A stretch of 64,000 nucleotides of DNA from positions 62,001-126,000 of the forward strand of contig MEDY01000164.1 of assembly GCA_001724265.1 (NCBI GenBank). The letters run 5' to 3'. Each line of letters begins with the position of its first letter. Positions within the stretch are counted from its first letter, which is position 1. Source of the DNA: Rhizaria sp. SCN 62-66 (taxonomy: Eukaryota). A program made the translations under genes and the position numbers. The notes under the pieces are model-generated. The model was not told where the DNA came from and did not search any database. It worked only from the letters and a program-made list of their open reading frames with translations. Shown one piece after another: positions 1-11,700 of this stretch.

Positions 1-2184
1 AGCCTCAGCCTCCTCCTCAGCCTTGATGCGGGCAGCTTCGGCAGCCGCCTCCTCCTCAGCCTTGATGCGAGCAGCTTCAGCAGCCGCCTCCTCAGCCTTC
101 TTGGCGGCGGTGGCAGCCTCTGCCTCAGCCTGAGCCTTGGCAGCAGCCTCAGCAGCAGCCTTGGATTCGGCATCGGCCTCAGCGGCAAGACGAACAGCCT
201 CAGCCTCCTCCTCAGCCTTGATGCGGGCAGCTTCGGCCGCCGCTGCCGCAGCAGCCTCCTCCTCAGCAATGAGTGCAGCCGCAGCCGCAGCCTCGGCCTT
301 AGCAGCAGCCTCGGCAGCAGCCTCGGCAGCAGCCTCCTCTTCAGCCTTAGCAGCAGCCTCAGCAGCAGCAGCGGCAGCAGCAGCAGCGGCGGCGGCCTCA
401 GCCTCAGCGTCGTCATTGCCGCTGGTCTCCTCAGCGTTGGCAGTGCTGATGCTGTCAAACGAGGCAGTCGTGGTAGCCTTGCGACGCATAGTGCCGAACT
501 TAGGCTTCAGCGTGTGCTTAAGCACAGGCGCTGCGTTCTCAATCTCAGCCGCAACGTCCGCCGTCTCCACCGTATCCGCTGTCTCAGCAGCCTCGGCCTC
601 GGCAATGCCGGCGGTCACGGTCTCCAACTCAACCTTGGCAGCCTCAGTTTCGCCGGTAGTAGCGTTAGCGGCCGCGGCGGCCTTAAGCTGATTGATCTGA
701 GCTACGGTCAGACTGCCCGCGCCCGCGCCCGCGCCGCCGATTGCCGCGACGCCGATTGCGCCGATACCGGCAAGGCGGGAGGCGTCGAGCCTCTTCGGCT
801 TGAGGCCACTGCTGGTGGTGTTCGCAGCCGTGACGGGGACCGGCTGCTCTTCGGAGTCGGCCTCGGGGAGGGTGCCCAGGGCTGGGGCGCCGGGGACTAT
901 GCGGGAATCACTGTTGTTGAACGGGGTTGCGTTGCGATCGATGGAGAGACGGCCTGGCTGCTGCTTCTCAGAGCCAGCGGCGTTGTTGTTGCTGTTGTTG
1001 AGGAATGAAAGATCGCCGAGCTTGCCAGGAGTGCGCTTGACGTCGGAGCCGTCGTTGCCCTCAGCGTTTGTACTGTTGGTCAGGAAAGAAACATCGGTGA
1101 TCTTGCCAGGAGTGCGTTTGTTACTATCACTATCAGCGTTGCTGCTGTTGTTGCTGTTAGCAGTCAGGAATGACACGTCACCGATGCGGCCAACAGTGCG
1201 CTTGTTACTGTCACCGTCAGTGTTGTTGCTGCTAGCGTTGCTGTGCTGAAGGAATGACAGGTCACCAAGCTTGCCAGGCGTCCGCTTACTGCTAGCGCCG
1301 CCGCCCTCGCTATCGCTGTCTGCGCCGCCGGCGTTGGCAGCGGGCTTGGCCCCGCTCTTGGTCAGGAAAGCGAGCTTGTCCTCGGTGAACTTGTTCGCGC
1401 TGCTTGCGCTGCCGCTCGCGTTGTGGTTGTTACTGCTGCTTGGAGCTGGAGTGATCGCAGTCAGAAAGCCGAGCTTGTCGTCGCTGATCTTGCTAACGCT
1501 GCGGGAGCGGCTGGGCGTGGTGGCGAAGTGCGCAGAGTCGACGTCCGCACTCGCCGTCGCGCCTGGGGTTGTGAGGAAGCCAAGCTTGTCTTCGCTGATC
1601 TTACCAACGCTTTTCGGCTGCGGCTGCGGCGCGTCGCCGTCGTCGGTGCCCGCGGCGAGCCCCGCGGTGGAGATGGCGGCGCTGGCACTGCGGACGCGCC
1701 CCGTGGACGAGAAGATTGACGCGTCCGGCCCCGTAGGCAGCGCGATGCCGCGCGCAGTTAGGCTGGCGTCGTTGACCTCCTCGCCGTCGGGGAAAACGAG
1801 CTGGCCGACGTCGTTCAGGCGGATATCGTAGCCGCGGTAGCGGATGTCGAGAAGATCGTCATCGAGGCGGCCGGGTGTGATGCCTGGGCTGGGCTTGTAG
1901 GCCGAGTCGGCGCGCGCCTTGTCCAGCGCGGCGATGCGGTCCTTGATCGACTGCAGAGTACGTAGAACGAATGAGCAACAGGATAATAGTAAAAGTGAGT
2001 GAGCATATAGATACGGTGTTATTCTATACGAATACTCAAGAGATAGCTCTGTGATGAGCTGATGTAAAAATAAACGTACAATTTGCTTCTTGGTAGCGGA
2101 AGCTGGCGCGGGGGCGGGGTCGACCGAGATTGAGACGGGCGCGGGCTCAGCCTCGGTGATTGAGATGTCAGCAGCGGAGTCCAT
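1..2184 (-). CDS. Repeat-rich Ala/Glu-rich protein, possibly cytoskeletal; 3' end lies outside the window. Exons 2184-2080 and 1950-<1
   Basis: ATG at 2184 gives MDSAADISITEAEPAPVSISVDPAPAPASATKKQI. The intron 2079-1951 (GTACGT...CTGCAG) is phase 0 and continues SIKDRIAALDKAR..., open to the window edge. Contains seven (K)RTPGKLGDLSFL-like repeats and EEEAAAEAARIKA helical repeats. Not listed in the ORF track, probably because no stop lies in the window. Confidence 0.8.
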   Translation of the reverse strand, partial: MDSAADISITEAEPAPVSISVDPAPAPASATKKQIVRLFLHQLITELSLEYSYRITPYLYAHSLLLLSCCSFVLRTLQSIKDRIAALDKARADSAYKPSPGITPGRLDDDLLDIRYRGYDIRLNDVGQLVFPDGEEVNDASLTARGIALPTGPDASIFSSTGRVRSASAAISTAGLAAGTDDGDAPQPQPKSVGKISEDKLGFLTTPGATASADVDSAHFATTPSRSRSVSKISDDKLGFLTAITPAPSSSNNHNASGSASSANKFTEDKLAFLTKSGAKPAANAGGADSDSEGGGASSKRTPGKLGDLSFLQHSNASSNNTDGDSNKRTVGRIGDVSFLTANSNNSSNADSDSNKRTPGKITDVSFLTNSTNAEGNDGSDVKRTPGKLGDLSFLNNSNNNAAGSEKQQPGRLSIDRNATPFNNSDSRIVPGAPALGTLPEADSEEQPVPVTAANTTSSGLKPKRLDASRLAGIGAIGVAAIGGAGAGAGSLTVAQINQLKAAAAANATTGETEAAKVELETVTAGIAEAEAAETADTVETADVAAEIENAAPVLKHTLKPKFGTMRRKATTTASFDSISTANAEETSGNDDAEAEAAAAAAAAAAAAEAAAKAEEEAAAEAAAEAAAKAEAAAAAALIAEEEAAAAAAAEAARIKAEEEAEAVRLAAEADAESKAAAEAAAKAQAEAEAATAAKKAEEAAAEAARIKAEEEAAAEAARIKAEEEAEA
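998..1612 (-). repeat. Seven intragenic peptide repeats: 4x KRT[PV]G[KR][IL]xD[LV]SFL and 3x K[IF][ST][ED]DKL[GA]FL
   Basis: Units near 998, 1079, 1163, 1248 (81-85 nt period), 1361, 1460 and 1571, separated by Asn/Ser/Ala-rich spacers. Confidence 0.85.
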
Positions 2185-2777
2185 GGGTCACTTAAACCTC
2201 ACAAATGCACAATGATGCGCGGTGTGAGCTCTGGGTGAGAGGGGACTGTGCTGCGATGGTCGAGAGGAGGATGGAGAGGAGGAGGTGAGGTGAGCACGCG
2301 GTCGGAGGAAACCGAGGATATTCCCACATATATCAGTTAACTATAGAGATAGCACAACATAAATTAGCTTCTAAACCAGATGTACAGTTTCATGCTCCGC
2401 CCGCACTCCGACTATCGGTCATACTGATGCAGTAGAACGATGCGAAATATGATATCTTGAGAGGCACAAGCTTGGATGGCGCGCTGCCGGTCTGGCAACC
2501 ACACCGTTCGGCTGCTCGAGAGTGCGTCGCGCAAACATCTCCAGCGCACCCAAACGTCCGTTAATACGAAATTCATGCTACATAAGAAAACCAAACGTAC
2601 AATAACATCTTTTACTAAAACTGTATTTGAAAAATAGTTTGTTTTCCACACCTAGGCGCCTGTCTCCGCGACCCTTTCCGGACCGGCCCCGACTGAACCT
2701 CTCCAACACCTCCGCTCCGCCGGCGCTCGCCGCCCTTACCCCTCGCTTAGCTCTAGCCTGGCTTTTCAAGCGCACCC
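2185..2777. promoter_or_regulatory. Candidate bidirectional promoter between the repeat-protein gene and NOL9
   Basis: 593-nt spacer between divergent ATGs, with AT-rich patches. Confidence 0.45.
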
Positions 2778-5700
2778 ATGTCCAAGGGGTCTCGATTTGC
2801 CGCGCTCAACTCGTCCTCGGACGAAGACGACGCCGAGGCAACGCGGCCGAGCCTTCGCACCACCAACAACAGCAACAGCAGCAGCAGCGCAGACACGACC
2901 GCGAACTTCAACGGACGACGTCCTAACGCTGCTGCTAGTGGCGACAATGAGAACACGCTGCTCTCTGCCGAGCGTTATTCCTCCCGCCGCACCTTTGACA
3001 CTGGGCTCAGCAACGCCTACGGCAGCGGCAGCTACGGCGGCTACGGCGGTTACGGCCACGCCGCACATGCTCCGCTGCAAAGCCCTGTCGGCGGCCCCAA
3101 GGCGGGCGCGAGCGTGAGCAGCGGTGACGGCAGCGGCGGCGTTGCGTCGGCTGGCGACGCGAAGCGGCCCCGCCTCGCCACCGCGAACCCCACTTCTAGC
3201 GTTTCCAACAATAACAACAAGCAACAACAGCAACAGCAACAGCAGCAACAGCGGCAGCAACAGCAACAGAAGCCGTATCGGCCTGGACAAGGCTCCGCGT
3301 CTGACGCGTTGCCAACGCTGATCCTCTCTCGGTCACGCTTTGCTGACTTGGAGCGTGACAGCAGTGATGACAACAATGACAACACTTCCACCGCGAACAG
3401 CAACAAGAGCAACGCTAAGAACAAGGACAAACAGCGTGCGAATTTAAAGACTAGCCGCGTTGCAGCGACGGCGACTGCGCGTGCTCCGTTGTTCACTCTC
3501 GGTGGCGCAGGCAACAAGGATAGCCACAAACGCGTTTTCGCTTCATCGGACTCCGAGTCTGGCGAGAGTGGGTTCACAAGCGGCCGCACAGACGACGACG
3601 ACGACGACGACGACGGTGATGGTTATAGTAACAGCAACACAACCACGGACAGCAGCGCAAGCGCTAGCGACTATGACAGCGACTGTAGCGCGAGCTGCGT
3701 CTCTGACGACAGCAGCAGCGACTGGGACGGCGACACCGAAGCCACGTCTCTGGCACTCACGGTCACATCGCTCCTCCGCGGTAGCCGTAGCAGCAACAGC
3801 AACAACAACATCACCAGCAGTAGCAGTGCTAGCAGCAGCTCTAGTGACGCGTCGAGTCTGTTCAAAGTTAAGCCGTACGCCGAGTCGGGCCTTCACACCT
3901 CCGCCGCCACGGCATTCGCCACCGACGCCGCGTCTGCGACTGAAACTGATGTGCTCTCGACCGTGGCCTCTTTGACCGCCGCCATGGCTGCTGCTGCAGC
4001 TGGTCTCACGACAAGCGCGCTCTCGCCCGCGACCGCAGCAGCTACTGTGAGCCCTGGTGCGACTGCTGCGGCTGAGAGCGCGAGTGCCAGTGTGTGTGTA
4101 AGTGCGTGCGAGGCCGTGATTGCTGGCAGTATTAGCAGCGGCCTCAAGCAAGGCAGCACCGTTTGCGACGTTGCGCTTCTGAGCTTACTGCAGCAGCAAC
4201 AGGAGAAGCAGCAGCAACATCAGCAGAGTTTATCTGGCGGTCCTACTTACACCAGTCTAAGTACTACCCCTCTGCTCGAAGCTGGTTACCCGACTCTGAT
4301 CTCGACATTTCCCTTCTCCCCAGACCGCATCCTGCCCGTCTACGTCGCAGACCCCCCCTCAGACCGCGATCTAAGCCCGCCGCCCCCCGCGAACCCCGAG
4401 TCCAGCGACGACGATGTAAGTGTGGTGCCGGGGTACTTAGTCCGCCTGGTGCCCGGCGAGAGCTTTGTCGTCTGTGGCGGTGTAAGGGTTCAGGCGCTCG
4501 CTGGCACGGCCAGTGTTGGCGCCGGCACGGGCGCTCTCATTGAACCCTTTATCCAAACCTCTCTTTGCAGCAGCAACAACAACAGCAGCAACATCGCTAG
4601 CAGCACTCGGCATAACAGGAGTACGAAGAGTGGTACTGGCATTGACTATTCGTGTTTGTACTGCGATAATCCAGCTTGCGCCAGTGCTTGCAATAGCGAC
4701 TCACGTGTAAGTACCCAATCGGACAGTCTAAGTACCTGGTTTCCTCCTGCCGGCTGTCCTGTTCCTCCCATCCCTGCTCGCACTCGCACTGCCCTCAACA
4801 ACAAAAGCGGCAATACTACGGTCGGAGTCAAGCGGCTGCTGCTGCGGCGGCCCCTGATGTCGAGTGTGACTGACATTCACGCACCTGTCTGGTCGTCGTC
4901 CTCGTCAACCGTGATCACAGCTTTGCCCCCCACGAACTGCCAGCAACATGCGCAACAACAGCGGGCGGGACCTCACATTACGAGTGCGAATGCTAGCGGT
5001 GCTGGGGCAAAGAGTACAGGTGTCAGCTCTGCGGCGAGCCGTGTAAGTATCGACACCGATGTAAGTGGCAGTGTAAGTGCCCCATACGGCTCGCTCACGG
5101 TCACTGCACTCGCTCTCCCGGGCAGCGCCACACACAGCTCTCTCGCTAAGACGGCAACTGCGACGAAGACGCATGCTGCCAACAGCAGCAGCAGTAATGG
5201 CGCTGCTGTGAGCGACATCGCCAGCGCCAGCACCATCACCGAGGAGAACGAGGACTATGTCAACGACGACGATGATGATAGCCACGATAATTATAACGCT
5301 CTGGATACCCATGTCAGCAGCGGCAGCGGCAGCGGCAGGGAGTCGAGTGGTGACGCCAGTGATGTCGATTCGGATTCACCGTCGACTCAGTCAACGTTCT
5401 CGCGGCACGATAAGCGCTACACTGCGTTGTTGAAGCGCTCTGCTGAAGCAAATGCGTCTCCGTCTAAGAGGGTTGTATTGGCGACCTATCACACGCCGAA
5501 CAATCTAAGTACCTCCTCTGAACATGAGGCGGACGCGTCCGATGTAAGTGCGACCGCGAGTGCCATCGCGTCGTTGTTCACCCCTTCCGTGCTTCTGCTC
5601 CTTACACCGAGTCTAAGTACCATGGAGATCAGCTGCCGCGGCCTCGGCATGCTGCCTCGGGCGACTGCGACTGCCTCAGCCTTGGCTGCGGCAGCCGCTG

Positions 5701-8700
5701 CTCACGGCCACGGCCACGGCCACGGCCACGGCCACGGCCAAAGTCACCACGCGCACAGTCGCTCCAAGCATAAGCACAACACGGACACGGATCACGATAA
5801 CCGGGAATCGCGTCGCAACAGTACGAGTGCGGGTTTGAGTAAGAAGGAAGCGCAGCGGCAGGAGCAGCAACAGCAGCAGCTTCAATATGAGCAGAAGCAA
5901 CGCCGGCGTGCTCGATTGCAGCAGCGTCACACTGTCACTCAGCACATCGCATCTCTCAGCAGCAAGTTGAACGCTAATTCTAATTCTAGCGCAAGCTTTC
6001 CTTTGAACAACACGAACAGTGCTGCTCTTATCAGTGGGTACACTAACGATAGCGAGAACAACAATGCGGCTTTTGTTCGTGAAAGTGAGGCGACTTATAT
6101 TCACAAGCACGCGGTCTGTGCGCTCACAGTCATCCGCAAACACTTAGACGAAGTCTACGCTGCACAAGAAGTACTCACATCCGTTCTCAGCTTGACATCT
6201 GTCGATAGCAACGGTTACAGCAACAACAGCAGTAATGCTAGTTCAAGCTCACGGTTGCCCCTGCTTTCCCCAGTGCTTTCACAGTCGCTGCCTCTGGCCG
6301 CTGCGCTGGCCGCCGCGGCGTCGGTGCCTGCTGCTGCAAGCCTGCTGACTCTGTACCACGCTAGTTTGCCTGCCATTGTGGCCGCAGATTGTGAGCGGCT
6401 GCTGGCCGGCACCGTCGCGTCCGCTTTCACGGCCACTCACAGTCAGAGTCAGAGTCGCAGTCGCGGTGATCACCAATCACTGTTGCCGTCGGAGAGTGGG
6501 GCGACGGGCGTGGCTGTCGGTGCGCTGGCGCCCGGCGCTGTGATGCCGACAGCCGTCGCGGCTGCGTTCATCACTGCTGTTGCTGCCTACAAGAACACTA
6601 CCATTAACAGTAGTCGCAACGCAACCGGGAAGTCGTCTTGTTTTGGGCCGTTTTTGACTGCCTCGGCATCAGACACTGCGAGTCTTCTCTCCAAGAAGCA
6701 GCTCAATGCTGCTACGTCGCGCGACGGCTTAACTTCTCCACAGAACAGCTTAGATTCCATCACGCTTCCAGTATCACTGCTGCAGCAATACCAGGCCCCC
6801 CTTCGTGCTCAGCAGTTCGCGCACTATGTCGCCAGCCCTTTTTTCTCGGAACCGCTGCCTGGCTTCGCACCGATCCTTTTTTCGGTCCAGCCCGACCCCA
6901 CTCTGCCCATCAACACGATCACACAGCTCCCGCTTCTCAGCGGCCGCAGTGACGGAGCCGGTGAAAAGGGACAGCAGCTGCAGCAGGCTTTCGTGGCTGT
7001 GCCCTCCAGCGTGGCTCAGACAATCACGGTCACCGGGCCGGCGCACTCGCCGATGGCGCCAACGCCGCCGCTACCACTGCCGTATATCTTCGCCCCCAAG
7101 GCGGCCGCGGCGAGGACGCTGTGCAGGCTTGCACTCGCGCTCGCGCACGCCACTTCTGTTGCGGCGCCCTCATTGTCACAGTCGAAATCAAACAACGGCA
7201 ACAGCCGCTCTATGAATGTGAGGGTAAGTGCGGGCGCTTTGGTGACGCCGTTTTTAACGCAAGAAACTGTGCTTCAAAGCCAATCCAGCAACAAGAGTGG
7301 CAGCAACAATGGCAACAACAGCAACAACAACACCAACGTAATGCAACTTGCATTTGCTCCTGCTGAGCAGAAGCGGCGGCTTAGCTTGATGCAGCAGCGG
7401 CTTAACTTCCTTCTCTCGCACACGCCCATCCTGACCCCATTTTCCCATGCGGCCTTTTCGGGCGCGGCGGGTACTTACACCGCGGCCCTTACATCGGCCC
7501 GCGAGCTCCTCGTCGCCCACAGCCGCTTTTTCGCGCCGTCGGCTCTCGGCCCGCGCTGGCGCGCCGCCATCGCTAGCATCGCCGCTGCCGCCACCGCAGC
7601 CCGCGGCCGCGCCCTGGCGGCGGCGCCCGCGCTGGCCGCGGCAGTCGCCGTGCGCTCGCTGCGGGCGCGGGCCGCGGCGGGGGTGGAGATGTGGCTGGCG
7701 CGGCGGCGCGTGAGGAGGTTCGTGCCCGTCGAGAGCTGTCTAAGTCGCCCCTTAGACGAGATCATTGGTGTGTGCGCAATGACTGCAAGTGGTGGTAAAA
7801 TGATGACTGACAACGAATATGCCAATCTCACCAGCAATGTTAAGGCAAAGTCAGTCGTTCCTTTGACTCCGGGCGTCGCGGTCCTGGAGGAGTTGCAGCG
7901 CTTAGCCTCCTCTCACAGTCACTTGTTCGTCATCAACGGCCACGCGAACGCGAGCCCGCGTGGGAGTGGTTGTGAGGCGGAGATTTGGCGTGAATTCTTC
8001 AAGACATTGCTGACAGCAGCGTGTCACTTTGCGCGTTCTCAGTCAGAGTCAGGCTTCAGGGCACAGGCATTGACATCAGCCAGCGCCAGCGCCAGTGCTA
8101 GTGTTGCGACTATTGTCGATGCTTGCAGTGTGCAAACAGCCGTTGCCACTGCTTTCATCACTGCTGTCGTCAAGCTAAGTCGTTACGCGCAAATGAACAC
8201 TTGCGCAACGGCGAGCGTTAAGTCAAGGGCCGAATCCGTGCTCACCTACGTCATGTTCCGTGTCTGGACTGCTTTGTACGCGCTCTCCCAGCAAGACAGC
8301 AGTGATAGTAATGATCACACGGACTCCGTGGCGCAGTGCGTGGCGCAGTCCGTGCGGCACGCCGTGGCACAACACCTCATTGTGCGCACGGCATTCGAGC
8401 TGCCACACTTACTCTTGCCTCTCCACAACAACAGCACGAACGCGTCTGTTTCGAGTGCGAGTGCCGGTGTGCCTGCCAGCGGCGATAGCGCAAGTGTCAG
8501 CGCGTTGTTTGCTGTCAACAGGCTGCGACTATTGTACTCGCGTGTCATGCTGTCTTTCCTGACCCCGTCGACTCCACCCACGATCAACAGCCTTAACTCG
8601 AGCTCGGGCGGTGCCACTGCGAGCGCCACGGCCGTGCCCTGCGGCGTCGCAGGCGTCGCTCTGCTCTCTCTCTGCGCGACGACGCCGCTGTCGCCCGCGT

Positions 8701-11700
8701 TGCTCACGCTCGTGCTGGCGCCCCCTTACACGTCTAAGTACCTGCCGCGCCCCTGTCCGCCGCTGCCGCCGTTGCTGACCTACTTACACCCTACAGCCAG
8801 CACCCTGATTTTGAGCGAGACTGTCTCGCAGTCTAAGTCAAAGTCTAAGTCACAGCAAGCGCAGTCACCGGCGTCGCCGCAAAGTAGTGGCTCACAGGCG
8901 CAGCCACAGCACGCGCACCCGCCGGTACTCCCGCGGCCGCCGACGGTGCTTTTGACCGGCGCCAGGAACCACGGCAAGTCGACCTTCGCGCGGTCGCTGG
9001 CGACCGCCCTGTTGTCGGGCTCGCAGTCACTTGCGCTCACGGTACACCCCTCGGTCGTCAGAGTCAACAATAACAGCAAAGCCGGTGGCAGTAACTCGGA
9101 GGCTGTGGTTATGGCCGAGTCGACGACGGGTGACACCGACAGCCAGTCATCCGTGAACGCTGTCGCCGCTGTTGTTACTGCCGCGACAACTGCTCGTGCT
9201 GCCGTTGCCGCCGCTTTCCCCGCCGTTGCGATTCTGGAGGCCGACGGCGGCCAGAACGAGTACGGCCCCAGCGGCACGGTCACGCTAACGCTGGTACGCA
9301 GTGCGACTGCGACGGTGCCGACGGGCCACTTGTCGTGGGCGCTGCCGGACATGGAGGCGCGCGACAGGGCTAAGTACCCCTTCGGCGCGTCTAAGTGGGA
9401 GACCAGCGTGAGCGGGTTTAATGGCGAGAGTGTGAGCGCTTTGACTGTGTTTACGGGCACGATCACGCCGAACCAGGACCCGCAGACGCATTTGACTGCA
9501 ATCGCGACAGCCTACACTCGTTACCTCTCACTGTTGTATGACCAAGCTACTTACACGTCGGTTGACAATGGCACTTACACCGTCGGCGTGAGTGAAGCGC
9601 CGCCGGTGCTGCCGCTCATTGTCAACACGCCAGGCTGGGTGACCGGGCTCGGCAAGAGCGTTGTCTCGCATATTGTGTCGCTCGTTAAGCCGCACCACAT
9701 CGTGGAACTCAACGACAAAATTACTGTGCCTGCGACACTCCTGTCCTCCGCTGGCGGCAGCAAGAATAAGCGTGGCGCTAGCAGTAGCAACATCGATGAC
9801 GGAACCGATAAGCACAGTCACACCGGCCCAGTTAGCGTTGCTTTAATTCCTCGTACCACAACGTCCGCGAATGCTAATTCTGTCTCAGCATCTGTCCTCA
9901 CTGCAGTTGATCTTGCGGCCACAAATACGCCCTGGCTGTTCTCGGACTCCTTTCACTGCGACAACTCGACCCGCGGACGCCACCGGTCGCGGTTTGTCAT
10001 CCCACCCGAGGACGCGTTTGCGCTCGCACACGGTAACAAGGATCACCCGCAGTCTTCGACTGGTACATACCCATCTTTTACGCTCACTCTCAAAACTTGG
10101 CGAAGTTTTGCTCTATATTTTGTTCATGAATGTCTTTCGCCACTGTGTTTTCAATTGCTTGAATATATTTGCAACTAAGCTCATGGACTTTCTTTTTTCT
10201 TCAATTTTCGCTTTTCTTTTAGGTGCTGCTGCGGCGTTGCTGTCCGCGCTCGACTCGGTCCCTTTGCCTCAGTACCGCGCCAGTGATTGGCACTATGCGA
10301 CTGCTTTGTCCAACGGCATTAGTGGCAGCAATTCCAGCGGCGTACTTACTGCTCCGTCGCTCGCGCGCAGTCTAAGTACCTCGACCAAGGATGGTAAGAA
10401 GTCGGTCAAGACCCCAGTCGCTGCTGACGGTGTGAGCGCCGCAAGCAGTCTCAATACCGCCTGTCTTAGTACTGTGAGCAGCTGCTACGACACGGTGTCG
10501 CTGTCCACAAGCATGGCTGCCGCACTCCGACTCGCTATCCCCCTGACTCAGCCAACAGCCCTGACGCAGTCCGCTGCGTCTGCGAGCGACACTGCGTGTG
10601 TGGCGTTCTCTGATGCCGACATTGCGGCTGACTGGCCCTTTTTTGCGAACCGCGCGTTACCGTGCGGCAATAGCGGCCTCGGCAGTGCGATGAAGCTGCC
10701 GTCTCGTTCGCACCCAGAGGCGTTTGTGACCGCGAGCATGGGTGTGTGGGCTGCTGCTTGGTCGCAGTATGAGGCTGCAACAACTCCACTGACTACCGCG
10801 ACAGCATCAGCGACAACTACAACTGCAGCGCCTGCAGCGATCGCGGGCGCACCTGTTTCTGCGTCTGTTTCGGCTGCTGCTGCTGCTTTCACTAATTCAA
10901 TTGCACAGGCTTCTGCCTCAGACGCTGATCTGGTCCGTCGCGACACAATGACTGATACTGACACTAATCATACTCCAACTGCCAACGCTATTGCTAGTTC
11001 TAACGCTGTGGCTATGTCTGATAACGACACCACTGCTACTGTTTCCAGCTCGAGCACCCACTCGAACGCTGGTGACGGTGGAGGTAACGCTGCTGCTAGC
11101 TATGAAGCTAATGCGGGTGCTTCTGACTCGAGTAATTCTGACTTGATTTCAGTTCAGATGGCTGTTAACACTGATGCAACTGTCACCGTTTCTATCACTG
11201 TTTGTCGCAGCTGCAGCACAATCGCGAGCAGCGGCATCGCAGTACGCGGATTGACGCCGCTGACCATCGCGAGCAGCCACAGCAACAATACGGCCGATAA
11301 GATCACTGAGGTTTCCGCCGACCCCAACGCGAGCCCCGTCGACGACACTTACATGCCGAGTCCGAGTACTTACCTACCTAGCCCGGCGACTTACACCGGT
11401 GAGACCCCTTACATCGCCATCACTCCATTCTCACCTGGCACTCACAATACCGCAATGCCCCTCGCACTTGCACTGAGTGATAACAACACTCCAAGCACGA
11501 ATGTCTCTCTCGAACCTATTATTAACCCTAGCGCTAGTGCAAGCGCAAGCGCGAGTGCAGGTGCGAATCTCAGCACTCTTGGCGCGACGACCGGCTTGAG
11601 CTCTAGCTCTGGGTTCCCTAGTTTTACCTCGTCGGGTGTTGCTGGTAAGGTTGTAATCAAGGCCAAGACCCGGGAGGAGGCTCTTGCCAAGTACCAGGCT

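Noticed and set aside
998-1612. Repeat-spacer pattern as a CRISPR-like array
   Set aside because: The repeats are degenerate at synonymous positions and in frame within a eukaryotic CDS; no cas genes.
9871-10222. Overlap of ORFs 2778-10178 and 9871-14505 as two genes or a programmed frameshift
   Set aside because: Fully explained by the phase-1 intron 10063-10222.
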